Below, piece by piece: positions 33,378 to 42,576 of a stretch of DNA of 64,000 nucleotides. The notes below the pieces were generated by a model, which worked only from the letters and a program-made list of their open reading frames with translations, had not been told where the DNA came from and did not search any database. Source of the DNA: Alphaproteobacteria bacterium (GTDB lineage Bacteria > Pseudomonadota > Alphaproteobacteria > Thalassobaculales > Thalassobaculaceae); contig JAYOIK010000003.1 of the NCBI GenBank assembly GCA_038118725.1, positions 1,485-65,484 of the forward strand. The letters run 5' to 3'. Made by a program: the position numbers and the translations under genes. Position 1 is the first letter of the stretch; each line of letters opens with the position of its first letter.

Positions 33378-34397
33378 ATGCCGACATTGCGCCAACCGAC
33401 ATCTCTTTCGCGGACGGACCGCGGGTTGACGCGAAACAGCCTAGCCGTGGCGGGGTTCGCCTTGCTTTTCGCGCTTGGCGGATGCGCCGAAACGGAGTTC
33501 ATCGCGACCGCCGCGAAGGAAATCCGCGCGATCGCCGAGAAACCCGCCTCCAAGGGACGCTACAAGGTCGGCAACCCCTATCAGATCAAGGGGGTCTGGT
33601 ATTATCCACGCGTGGACTTCGCCTATGACGAGACCGGTGTCGCGTCGTGGTATGGGCCTAATTTCCACGGCAAACAGACCGCGAACGGCGAGATTTTCGA
33701 TCAAACCGCCGTCAGCGCGGCGCACCGCACCCTACCGATGCCGAGCGTCGTTCGGGTCACCAATCTGGGCAATGGCCGGGCTCTGGTCGTGAGGATCAAT
33801 GATCGCGGGCCTTTCGCGCATGGGCGGATAATCGATCTTTCCAAGCGAGGCGCCCAGTTGCTCGGTTTCGAGCGGCAGGGGATCGCCAAGGTTCGGGTGC
33901 AAATCCTTCCCGAGGAGAGCCGCGCGGCGGCCGAACTGGCACGCAATGGCGGCAAACCTCGCCCCGTGGTCGCTTCGTCGAACGTCAACGCGCCGGACGC
34001 GGTGCCGGTGGCGATGGTCTCGGTTGAAAGCTTGACGCCGGTCCCCGGCGCGACCGAGGCGCCGAAGCCGAAGGAAGAAACCGCCGCGCCGAGAAAGGTC
34101 GCGCCGAGCGCCGTGGAACTGGCGCGGCAAAGCCGAAGCGAAATCCTGACCGACCAACCTGTCGAACCGACCAGTCTGTTCGTGCAGGCGGCGTCATTCT
34201 CCAAGCCCGATAACGCGGCGCGGCTAAAGTCCAAGCTCTCCGATATCGGCTCCGCCGATGTTTTCGGCGCCGAGGTGAAGGGGCGTCAATACTATCGGGT
34301 GCGTATCGGCCCCTTGCGGGATGTGGAGCATGCCGATCAGGTTCTTGAACTTGTGATCGCGCGAGGTTTTCCCGGTGCGCGGATCGTCGTCGAATAG
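33378..34397 (+). CDS. rlpA: septal ring lytic transglycosylase RlpA family lipoprotein with a C-terminal SPOR domain
   Basis: Lipobox LFALGGC. DPBB domain (GVASWYGPNFHGKQTANGEIFD...AAHRTLPMPSVVRVTNLGNGRALVVRINDRGPF). C-terminal SPOR-like sequence (LFVQAASFSKPDNAARLKSKL...YRVRIGP). Confidence 0.85.
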   Translation: MPTLRQPTSLSRTDRGLTRNSLAVAGFALLFALGGCAETEFIATAAKEIRAIAEKPASKGRYKVGNPYQIKGVWYYPRVDFAYDETGVASWYGPNFHGKQTANGEIFDQTAVSAAHRTLPMPSVVRVTNLGNGRALVVRINDRGPFAHGRIIDLSKRGAQLLGFERQGIAKVRVQILPEESRAAAELARNGGKPRPVVASSNVNAPDAVPVAMVSVESLTPVPGATEAPKPKEETAAPRKVAPSAVELARQSRSEILTDQPVEPTSLFVQAASFSKPDNAARLKSKLSDIGSADVFGAEVKGRQYYRVRIGPLRDVEHADQVLELVIARGFPGARIVVE

Positions 34398-34485
34398 GGG
34401 GCACCGTGATGGTCGCCACAATTCCTTCAATATCCCCGGATAGTGTCGCCGCTGGGCATGGCGTTACGCGCGTGTCGGGTGCCAG

Positions 34486-35655
34486 GTGATATCGGAGAAG
34501 ATGGGTATGGGTTTTCGAGCTTCGTTGTCGCGAGTATTGATCACCGCCGGGCTGTTCGGACTGATTGCCGGCGGCACGCCGGCCTTGGCGATCGACACGA
34601 CGGCGCGCGAGGCCCTTTTGGTGGACTACGATACCGGCGCGGTTTTGTTCGAGAAGAACGCCGATAAATTGATGCCGCCGGCGTCGATGAGCAAGATCAT
34701 GACCGCCTATCTCGCCTTCGATCGGATCAAGCGGGGACGCCTGTCCCTCGACGACGAAATCCCGATCAGCGAGAAAGCCTGGCGCAAGGGCGGCTCGAAG
34801 ATGTTCGTCGAGGTGAATACTCGAGTCAAAGTCGAGGACATTCTTCGCGGGATCATTGTTCAAAGCGGCAATGACGCCGCGATCGCGCTTGCCGAGGCCC
34901 TGGAGGGGAGCGAGGCCGCGTTCGCTGATGCGATGACGGAAAAGGCGCGCGAACTCGGCATGATGGATACCACCTATCGCAACGCGACGGGGTGGCCGGA
35001 CCAGGACCATCGCATGACGGCGCGAGACCTGGTAACCCTGGCGATCGCGACGATCCGGGACTTTCCAGAGTTCTACCCGATCTACTCGGAAACCACCTAC
35101 ACCTACAATAAGATCAAGCAAGGCAATCGGAACCCGCTGCTTTACAAGGGGATCGGCGCGGATGGTCTGAAGACCGGGCATACCAATGCCGCGGGCTATG
35201 GCCTGACGGCGTCGGTGAAGCGCGCCGGACGCCGCCTGATCCTGGTGGTCAATGGTCTCGGCAGCGTGCGTGCCCGCACCTCGGAATCTCAATCCTTGAT
35301 CGAATGGGGCTTTCGCGAATTCGATAACTACAATCTGTTGAGCGTCGACGAACCGGTCGAAAACGCCGATGTCTGGCTCGGCACGGCGAAAACCGTCCCG
35401 CTGGTGTTAAAAGAGGATCTGCTTTTGACCCTGCCGCGATCGGCGCGCAAGAAGATGAAGGTCAGTGTGATCGTCGAGGAGCCGGTCCCGGCGCCGATCG
35501 AAAAGGGGCAGCGGGTCGCCACGCTCAAGATCGCCGCGCCGGAAATCGAGGCCATCGAGCTTCCGCTTTTCGCCGGTGCGGGGGTCGAGCGCCTCGGTGT
35601 GCTCAACCGAGTGATGGCGGCGGTCGGTTATTTGATTTGGGGCGCCGGTGGTTGA
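34486..35655 (+). CDS. D-alanyl-D-alanine carboxypeptidase (S11 peptidase, PBP5/6-like)
   Basis: SMSKIMTAY (SxxK), SGND, and KTGHT motifs, with a signal peptide. Start is uncertain among GTG 34486, ATG 34501 and ATG 34507. Confidence 0.9.
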   Translation: MISEKMGMGFRASLSRVLITAGLFGLIAGGTPALAIDTTAREALLVDYDTGAVLFEKNADKLMPPASMSKIMTAYLAFDRIKRGRLSLDDEIPISEKAWRKGGSKMFVEVNTRVKVEDILRGIIVQSGNDAAIALAEALEGSEAAFADAMTEKARELGMMDTTYRNATGWPDQDHRMTARDLVTLAIATIRDFPEFYPIYSETTYTYNKIKQGNRNPLLYKGIGADGLKTGHTNAAGYGLTASVKRAGRRLILVVNGLGSVRARTSESQSLIEWGFREFDNYNLLSVDEPVENADVWLGTAKTVPLVLKEDLLLTLPRSARKKMKVSVIVEEPVPAPIEKGQRVATLKIAAPEIEAIELPLFAGAGVERLGVLNRVMAAVGYLIWGAGG

Positions 35656-36328
35656 TCAAGCGCCTGTCTTGGGGAGGCGTCCCGGCAGGTTCCTGACCTT
35701 CGAGGGAGGAGAGGGCGCCGGTAAATCCACCCAAATCAAACTGCTCGCCCAGAGCTTGCGGGATCGCGGGATCGATGTGATCACCACGCGAGAGCCAGGT
35801 GGCTCGGAAGAGGCGGAGAATATCCGAGCTCTCTTGGTGACCGGCGAGCCGGGGCGGTGGGATCCGATCTCCGAGACACTGTTGCTTTATGCCGCGCGGC
35901 GGGACCATTGGCTGCGTCTGATCCAACCCGCCTTGGACGAGGGCAAATGGGTGCTGTGCGATCGTTTCGCCGACTCGACCCGAGTTTATCAGGGTATCGG
36001 CAAGGGCGTGGACGAGGAGCTGATCGAGGAGTTGCACGATCTGTCCCTTGGGAATGTTGAGCCGGATCTGACATTGCTGCTCGATCTGCCGGCGGAGACC
36101 GGTTTGTCACGCACGCGCGTGAGAGAAGACGAGACGGCTTCCGGCGAGACCCGTTTCGAGATGATGGCTTTGGACTTCCACCGATCCCTGCGCGCCGGCT
36201 TCGCCTCCTTGGCCCATAGGCATCCTGACCGCTTCGCGACCATCGACGCGACCCAAGGGGTTGCCGATGTCGCGGCGGCGGTGCTTGATAGGGTTCGAGA
36301 GCGATTTTCCCTGGATGACGCGGTTTGA
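35648..36328 (+). CDS. tmk: dTMP (thymidylate) kinase
   Basis: GRFLTFEGGEGAGKSTQIKLL...TREPGG...DRFADSTRVYQG. Confidence 0.9.
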   Translation: MVDQAPVLGRRPGRFLTFEGGEGAGKSTQIKLLAQSLRDRGIDVITTREPGGSEEAENIRALLVTGEPGRWDPISETLLLYAARRDHWLRLIQPALDEGKWVLCDRFADSTRVYQGIGKGVDEELIEELHDLSLGNVEPDLTLLLDLPAETGLSRTRVREDETASGETRFEMMALDFHRSLRAGFASLAHRHPDRFATIDATQGVADVAAAVLDRVRERFSLDDAV

Positions 36329-37428
36329 GCGATCTGGAAATACCGGCCCCGCGGGATACTTATGACCTTGTCGGCCATGAAGCCGCCGAGGCACGGCTGC
36401 TCGACGCCTGGAAGGGCGGGCGCATGCCACATGCCTGGTTGCTGACCGGTCCGCGCGGCATCGGCAAGGCGACCCTGGCATTTCGTCTGGCGCGTTTCGT
36501 GCTGAATGGCGGCGGCGTGGACGAGGGGCCGAGTCTGTTCGGCGATGCCGAACTCGGCCCACCCGCCGAGGGGTTGGCGATCGATCCGGAACTACCGGTT
36601 GCCCGTCAGGTGGCCAGCGGTGGACACCCGGATCTGCTGGTTATCGAACGCTCCGTGAATGAGCGGTCCAAGACATTGCGACGCGAAATCGTCGTCGAGG
36701 ATGTAGCCGCGTTGTCGGGGTTTTTGAGATTAACCTCGTCTTCCGGAGGCTGGCGCGTGGTGATCGTCGACAGCATCGACGAGATGAACCGCAACGCCGC
36801 CAATGCGATGTTGAAGCTCTTGGAGGAACCGCCGAAGCGCGCGCTGCTGATCCTGGTGAGCCACGCGCCGGGCGGGTTGCTGCCGACGATCCGCTCGCGT
36901 TGTCGCAAGCTACACCTCTCGCCGCTGGCCGATACGCGGGTCGAGGAACTGCTTGCGCGCATGGCTCCGGATCTCGATCCGGGACTGACGGCGGTGGCGA
37001 CGCGCCTCGCGGAGGGAAGCATCGGCAGGGCCCTGGAACTCGCCGCCAATGACGGTCCGGCGGTGCTGGGCGACGCGGTGCGAGTTTTCGACGGCGCGCC
37101 GCCGATCAATCGCAAGCGCCTGCTGGACGCGACCGAGAAATGGATCCGGCGGGGCAAGGGCGAGGAAGGTGACCCGCTCGCCGGACGGATGGAATTGATC
37201 CTTTGGTGGCTCGGCCAAGGCGTTCGCCGCTTGGCGTCGGGCTACTCCGACGAGGTTGAGACCATACCCGGCGAGACCGGGGTTTTCGGCGCCATGGCGA
37301 GCCGTTTCGGCCTCCACGGCTGTTGCGCGCGCCTGGAACGCGCGGAAACCGCGCTCCGCCGCGGCATCGGCCTCAATCTCGATCGAAAGCAGATGGTGAT
37401 GTCGATGATGCTGGAACTGGGGGAGTAG
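36325..37428 (+). CDS. holB: DNA polymerase III subunit delta-prime
   Basis: HAWLLTGPRGIGKATLAFRLARFVL...AANAMLKLLEEPP...TIRSRCRK. TTG start overlaps the tmk stop. Confidence 0.85.
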   Translation: MSDLEIPAPRDTYDLVGHEAAEARLLDAWKGGRMPHAWLLTGPRGIGKATLAFRLARFVLNGGGVDEGPSLFGDAELGPPAEGLAIDPELPVARQVASGGHPDLLVIERSVNERSKTLRREIVVEDVAALSGFLRLTSSSGGWRVVIVDSIDEMNRNAANAMLKLLEEPPKRALLILVSHAPGGLLPTIRSRCRKLHLSPLADTRVEELLARMAPDLDPGLTAVATRLAEGSIGRALELAANDGPAVLGDAVRVFDGAPPINRKRLLDATEKWIRRGKGEEGDPLAGRMELILWWLGQGVRRLASGYSDEVETIPGETGVFGAMASRFGLHGCCARLERAETALRRGIGLNLDRKQMVMSMMLELGE

Positions 37429-37451
37429 TTGCGTCCTTCGATCGCGTCCGC

Positions 37452-38354
37452 TCAATACGGCGCGTCGCCCATGACCGTGACCCGGTGCATCTCGCGGCGT
37501 TGCCCGGCATAGTCGTTCACCGCGTAGTGCTGGACACAGCGATTGTCCCAGAACGCGACCGAACCCTTTTCCCAGCGGAACCGGCAGCAGAAATCCGGCG
37601 CGGTGCAATGCAGGTAGAGGCGTTGCAGGATCGGCGCGCTGTCGGCCTCGGACAGGCCGGCGATGCGGGTTGTGAAATTGCCGTTCACATAGAGCGCCTT
37701 GCGCCCGGTTTCGGGGTGGGTGCGGAAGATCGGCTGTTCGGTGACCAGGACCGGCGCCTCTTCCTCGGGCTTCACCATGGTCGTGCTGTCCTTGTAGCGC
37801 TGATTGAAGGCGCCGGCCTTGCCGTAGATCGGTTCCGCGCTATGGGTGGCGGTGCGCCCGTCGAGCAGGTCCTTCATCCCCTCGGATAGAGTCTCATAGG
37901 CGAGATATTGGCTGGCGAACAAGGTGTCGCCGCCGACCTCGGGCACGTCGAGCGCGTAGAGGATCGAGCCGAGCGGCGGGGTTGTGTGGTAGGTCACGTC
38001 CGAATGCCAGGTGCCGCCGAAATTCTTGGTGTCGGACTCGGTCTTGATGATTCGTATGATCTCGGGATAGTCGTCCAGCCCCTTGACGTATTCGTGGACA
38101 TGCAGCTCGCCGAAACGCTTGCCGAAATCGCGGTGCTGTTCCGGGGTCATCTTCTGGTCGCGAAAGAAGATCACCTGAAACTCAAGCAGCGCGCGGCGGA
38201 TCTCGGCGATCACCGCGTCATCGAGATTTTGGCCGAGATCAACACCGAACAACTCCGCGCCGAGCGCCCCGGTCACCGGCTTAACCTGGAGATATTGATA
38301 AGGCGCGCTGTCACGACCGGTGAGCGAGATGTTATCGCGATAGATGACGTTCAT
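37452..38354 (-). CDS. TauD/TfdA family Fe(II)/2-oxoglutarate-dependent dioxygenase (paralogue of 1176-2003)
   Basis: MNVIYRDN...WHSDVTYHTTPPLGSILY...AFWDNRCVQH. I chose the internal ATG 38354, which has GAGGAA upstream. Confidence 0.85.
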   Translation of the reverse strand: MNVIYRDNISLTGRDSAPYQYLQVKPVTGALGAELFGVDLGQNLDDAVIAEIRRALLEFQVIFFRDQKMTPEQHRDFGKRFGELHVHEYVKGLDDYPEIIRIIKTESDTKNFGGTWHSDVTYHTTPPLGSILYALDVPEVGGDTLFASQYLAYETLSEGMKDLLDGRTATHSAEPIYGKAGAFNQRYKDSTTMVKPEEEAPVLVTEQPIFRTHPETGRKALYVNGNFTTRIAGLSEADSAPILQRLYLHCTAPDFCCRFRWEKGSVAFWDNRCVQHYAVNDYAGQRREMHRVTVMGDAPY

Positions 38355-38563
38355 GGCGGCTTCCTCGGCTGCGTGCGTAATTCGAACCTGGATCATAGCA
38401 GACGGCGCGGACCGACGGTATAGTGCGCCCGGTTCGGCATGGTCTCTCACTTTTCTTTCTGGATTCCCGCATGGTCGGCGATGTCTCTTCCGGCGAGGAG
38501 CCGAAACGCTTGCGGCGACCGGCGACGCTCCTGTCCAAGCTTCCCGAACCCTTGGCTTACACG

Positions 38564-39397
38564 ATGCATCCATTTCTTGTTCACAGCGGGCTCGACCGGT
38601 GGCTGCTACCGAAGGAGCGGGAGATCGTGGCCGAAGCACTGGAAGGTTACTGGTTCAAGCTGGATCCTCGTGACGAAATTGCCCGCGAGATCCTACATTT
38701 CGGTGCCTATGAGAAGCGGAATATCGAAATTATCCGTCGTCTTGTTCGAGGTCTCGGCGGCACCTTCATGGATGTCGGCGCCAATCTCGGCAATCACTCG
38801 ATCCTATTGGCGGCGGATTTCGAGCAGCTTGCCGTTTTCGAACCCAACCCGCCGACCCTTGCCAGGCTCAGAGCTAATCTGGAGTTAAATGCGTTGTCCA
38901 AGGCCCAGGTTTTTGGGATCGGGCTCTCGGACGCCAATGTCTCGCTGCCGTTCCATGCCGAGACCGGGACCAATCCCGGCGCCTCGCGATTTCTAGACGT
39001 GGCGGAGAAGGGGGCGAGCCGGTTGGAGGTTCGGATCGGCGACGAGGTTGTCGAGGCCGGCGCGCTCGGACCGATCACGGCGATCAAGGTCGATGTGGAA
39101 GGTCACGAGGAGCGGGTAATCGTGGGCCTCGCCCGGACCATCGAGAGAGATCAACCCTTGGTGTTCATGGAATGGGACGCGCGCCGTAACGGGCCGGGAT
39201 GTCTGGAACGGCTCGCGGGTTACACCTTTCACGTCCAGCCCTGGGAAATGACTCGGCGGCGCTTGTGGCGGCCCTTCGCCCGGGGCATTGATGCCGGGCG
39301 GTGTCCCAGATTGGTCGCGGTCACGCATGGCGACTTGAGCGATCGCTATGTCAGCATGTTGGTCGCGGTTCCACCGGGACAGGCCCTGTCGCTCTGA
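38564..39397 (+). CDS. FkbM family methyltransferase
   Basis: GGTFMDVGANLGNHS...LAVFEPNP...IKVDVEGHEERV. The start is uncertain; the track start at 38423 would run up to the divergent TauD-like gene, within ~70 nt of its start. Confidence 0.75.
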   Translation: MHPFLVHSGLDRWLLPKEREIVAEALEGYWFKLDPRDEIAREILHFGAYEKRNIEIIRRLVRGLGGTFMDVGANLGNHSILLAADFEQLAVFEPNPPTLARLRANLELNALSKAQVFGIGLSDANVSLPFHAETGTNPGASRFLDVAEKGASRLEVRIGDEVVEAGALGPITAIKVDVEGHEERVIVGLARTIERDQPLVFMEWDARRNGPGCLERLAGYTFHVQPWEMTRRRLWRPFARGIDAGRCPRLVAVTHGDLSDRYVSMLVAVPPGQALSL

Positions 39398-39400
39398 GGG

Positions 39401-41437
39401 TCACTTGCTTCTGAAAATATAGACGCCATCCCAATCTTCCGGTGTCGGGGCCTCGGAAAGCTCGCGGGCGCGATCGGCCATGACCTGGGCGGCCTTGTCG
39501 TCGGGGTTCGAGGCGGCGAGAGTGGAGAAGCCACCGGCCGCGGTCCGAAAATCGCCGGCGAAATAGGCGCCCAGGGCGGCTTCATAACGATCACGGCGCG
39601 CCAGGCGTTCACTATCGACCTCGCCCTTGAGGCCGAGTAGCTCCGAGATCGGCAAGCCGCCCTTGCGCCCGGCGACCGCGACCCGGTCGAGGCTGCGCCA
39701 TTCAAAGCCATCGCCGGCCTCGCCGCGCAGCTCGTCGGAGGCGATGATCCTGGTGCCATAGGCCTTGTTCACGCCTTCGAGGCGCGCCGCGACATTGACC
39801 GTGTCGCCGATCACCGTGTAGCCGAAGCGATCGCTGGATCCGACATTACCGACCAGCACTTGACCGACCGCGAGACCGACGCGGATGCGGAACACCGGAC
39901 GCCCGGCAGCGATCCTGTCGGCCACCGCCGCCTCGGTCATTTCCACCGACACCAACGCGGCCCGACAGGCCATGGCGGCGTGTTCCGGTACGTCCTGCGG
40001 CGCGTTGAAGAAGGCCAGGATGCCGTCGCCCATGAATTTGTCGATGGTGCCGTCGCGCTCCCGGATCGCCTTGGTCATGTCGTCGAAATAGGCGTTCAAC
40101 TCCTCGACCAGACGGTTGGCCTCAAGGGTCTCCGTGATCCCGGTAAACCCCTCGATGTCAGAGACGAAGATACTGAGCCGGCGTTCCTCGACCCCGATTG
40201 ACGCCGCGGTGCCGCCGGTGACCAGACGCCGCGCCACCTCGGGCGGAACATAGCGTTCAAGGGAACGAAGGCCGGATTTCATCGCTCCCAGCGCCTCTCC
40301 GAGCGTCGCGACCTCGCGGACCATGGAAGCGTTGGGATTGCTGTCCGTGATCTGCATCCTGGCGGCCTCGGAAAGCTGGCGGGTGACATCGCGCAGCGGA
40401 GCGGCGAGGCGGCTGGCGAACAGGGCGCCGAGCAGGATCACGAAAACCGCGGCCCCGCCGGCGAACAGCACCGTGCTGGTCATCCGCTCATTGGCCAGTT
40501 TGAGGATATCCGCCTCGGGGACCAGGACCCCGACATGCCAGTCCAAGCCCTCGATCGCCTCGGCGCCGAGGATGGCGATGTGATAGGTCTGATCCCGGTG
40601 CTTGAAACCGATTGATTCGATCTCGTCGCCGACCAGGGGGCCGTGCGACCGGTCAAGCGCGGCGAGGCCGGATTTCAACAACTCATCGAATTTGCGGTCG
40701 CGCTCGCCGTTAAAACGGGGCTCGGCGGCGATGGTGTTATCGTGGTGGGCAAGGAAGACATGGCCCTTGCCGGCGATCTTCATCTTCCCTAGCCATTCCT
40801 CCATCCCCACTAGGGGGATATCGACATGAAAGACGCCGTTGGGCGCTCCGGCTTCGCCGCCGCCATGCGCCATGACCGCGGACACACCCGCCCGACCGTT
40901 GGAGAACTCGTAGGTCTTGGTCCACTCCGGAGTTTCGGCGGAGAGCCCCCGCTTGTACCATTCGCTGTTCCGATAGTCGTTTGAGCCGGCGCCGGCATGG
41001 GCGCGATGAATTTCCGAGGCGCCATCCTCCAGGATTTCCGCGCCGAACTCACCTCGGCGGGCCAAAAGATAGATCGAACCCTCGTTTGACCCGTAACCGA
41101 CCAGGGTGCCCTGGGGATAGGCGACGGCCTGGGTCAATAGATGCGCCTTGATGTCGTCATGCTCGGAGAGGTTCAGGTCGTGATGGCTCAGCAGAAACTC
41201 GATCTCGCGCAGACCGCGCGGCACGGCGCCCAGATGTTCGTGGATCTTCGCGGTGGTGCCCTGGGCGACGGTGCGAAACTGCGACTCGGCGAGCTTGCCG
41301 AGCGCGTCGCGGGCCTCGAAATTGACCAGCCCGGCGACAATCCCGGCGGCGGGTATGACGATGGCGACCAACAGGCCTTGCAAGATCGGTCTTAGGCCAA
41401 ATCCGGAACGGGATTTGGTTTGATCGGCGTCTGTCAT
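39401..41437 (-). CDS. membrane sensor adenylate/guanylate cyclase (Cache-like periplasmic domain, HAMP, class III cyclase domain, C-terminal helical extension)
   Basis: Two TM segments flank a ~300-aa extracytoplasmic region. HAMP-like SRLAAPLRDVTRQLSEAA. Cyclase core LSIFVSDIEGFTGITE...KFMGDGILAFFNAP...GYTVIGDTVNVAARLE. Confidence 0.85.
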   Translation of the reverse strand: MTDADQTKSRSGFGLRPILQGLLVAIVIPAAGIVAGLVNFEARDALGKLAESQFRTVAQGTTAKIHEHLGAVPRGLREIEFLLSHHDLNLSEHDDIKAHLLTQAVAYPQGTLVGYGSNEGSIYLLARRGEFGAEILEDGASEIHRAHAGAGSNDYRNSEWYKRGLSAETPEWTKTYEFSNGRAGVSAVMAHGGGEAGAPNGVFHVDIPLVGMEEWLGKMKIAGKGHVFLAHHDNTIAAEPRFNGERDRKFDELLKSGLAALDRSHGPLVGDEIESIGFKHRDQTYHIAILGAEAIEGLDWHVGVLVPEADILKLANERMTSTVLFAGGAAVFVILLGALFASRLAAPLRDVTRQLSEAARMQITDSNPNASMVREVATLGEALGAMKSGLRSLERYVPPEVARRLVTGGTAASIGVEERRLSIFVSDIEGFTGITETLEANRLVEELNAYFDDMTKAIRERDGTIDKFMGDGILAFFNAPQDVPEHAAMACRAALVSVEMTEAAVADRIAAGRPVFRIRVGLAVGQVLVGNVGSSDRFGYTVIGDTVNVAARLEGVNKAYGTRIIASDELRGEAGDGFEWRSLDRVAVAGRKGGLPISELLGLKGEVDSERLARRDRYEAALGAYFAGDFRTAAGGFSTLAASNPDDKAAQVMADRARELSEAPTPEDWDGVYIFRSK

Positions 41438-41528
41438 GGAAAGTTCCGAACTTTTTGATCCTCGCGGGCTCGCAACAAGACACTAGCAAGATTAAGATCG
41501 CCGGCGTTGAACTTATTTGGGGATCGAC

Positions 41529-42530
41529 ATGAGGTATTGCGTGATCGGCGCCGGCGCCATGGGCGGGCTTTATGGTCTGAGGCTGGCGGCCAAGGGACAT
41601 TCGGTCGATTTTCTCGACGTCAATCAGGACCATGTGGACGCGATCAATCGCGGTGGCTTTCGTCTGTCGGGCGTGACCGGGGACAATACCTATCCGGTCA
41701 AGGCAATGACGGACGCGGAGAGCCTCGCCGGGACCGCCGATATCGTGCTGTTTCATCCCCATACCACGGGCACGGCCGCGGCCGCGACGTCGGCATCGGT
41801 GGTGCTGAAGCCGGATGGCTGGGCGGTGACGCTCCAGAACGGCATCGGCAATGTCGAGGCGCTGGTCGATGCGCTCGGGGAGGCCCGGGTCGTCGGCGGG
41901 ATCAGCTATCACAGCGCGGCGATGGCCGATCTCGCCCATTCGCTGCACACCAATGCGGGCGCGACCTATCTGGGAGAACTTGGTGGCGGCGGAAGTCCGC
42001 GGGTCGAGGCCCTGGCGGCATCCCTGCGCGACGCCGGCTTCGAGCCCGAGATCGCGCCGGATATCATAAGCGTGATCTGGAGCAAGTTCGTCCATAATTG
42101 CGCGATCAACGCGATCTGCGCGGTTTCCGGCATGCGTGGGGGCGAGGTTGTCCGGCATGAGGCGGCGAACGCGCTCCAGAGCCATATTCTGGAGGAGGTC
42201 ATGGCCGTGGTGGCGGCCAAGGGGATCACGCTGACCAACTCGGATCCCGTCTCCTATATCAAGGCTCACACGTTCCTGCGTTTCAACAAGCCCTCGATGC
42301 AACAGCATATGGAGGCGGCGCGCCCGACCGAGATCGACTCGCTGAACGGGGCTTTGGTGCGCGAGGCCAAGGCGCTGGGAGTACCGGTTCCGTTCAACGA
42401 GGCCCTGACCCTGATGGTCAAGGCTCGGGAATGGGCCATGGCCGAGGCGGCCAGCGGTATTGTGAGGGACTACGCCGCGATGGAGGCCGAGGCCGAGAAG
42501 GAGGCCGCCGCGAGGGGAGAGTTGGTCTGA
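41529..42530 (+). CDS. 2-dehydropantoate 2-reductase family (ApbA/PanE-like) oxidoreductase
   Basis: MRYCVIGAGAMGGLYGLRLAAKGHSVDFL (Rossmann fold), ...NGIGN..., and the C-terminal ApbA_C-like PSMQQHMEAARPTEIDSLNG. Confidence 0.8.
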   Translation: MRYCVIGAGAMGGLYGLRLAAKGHSVDFLDVNQDHVDAINRGGFRLSGVTGDNTYPVKAMTDAESLAGTADIVLFHPHTTGTAAAATSASVVLKPDGWAVTLQNGIGNVEALVDALGEARVVGGISYHSAAMADLAHSLHTNAGATYLGELGGGGSPRVEALAASLRDAGFEPEIAPDIISVIWSKFVHNCAINAICAVSGMRGGEVVRHEAANALQSHILEEVMAVVAAKGITLTNSDPVSYIKAHTFLRFNKPSMQQHMEAARPTEIDSLNGALVREAKALGVPVPFNEALTLMVKAREWAMAEAASGIVRDYAAMEAEAEKEAAARGELV

Positions 42531-42576
42531 GCTGGGCGAAGTGCTATCAGCCCTCATCCGAACCGTCAGTTGATGG

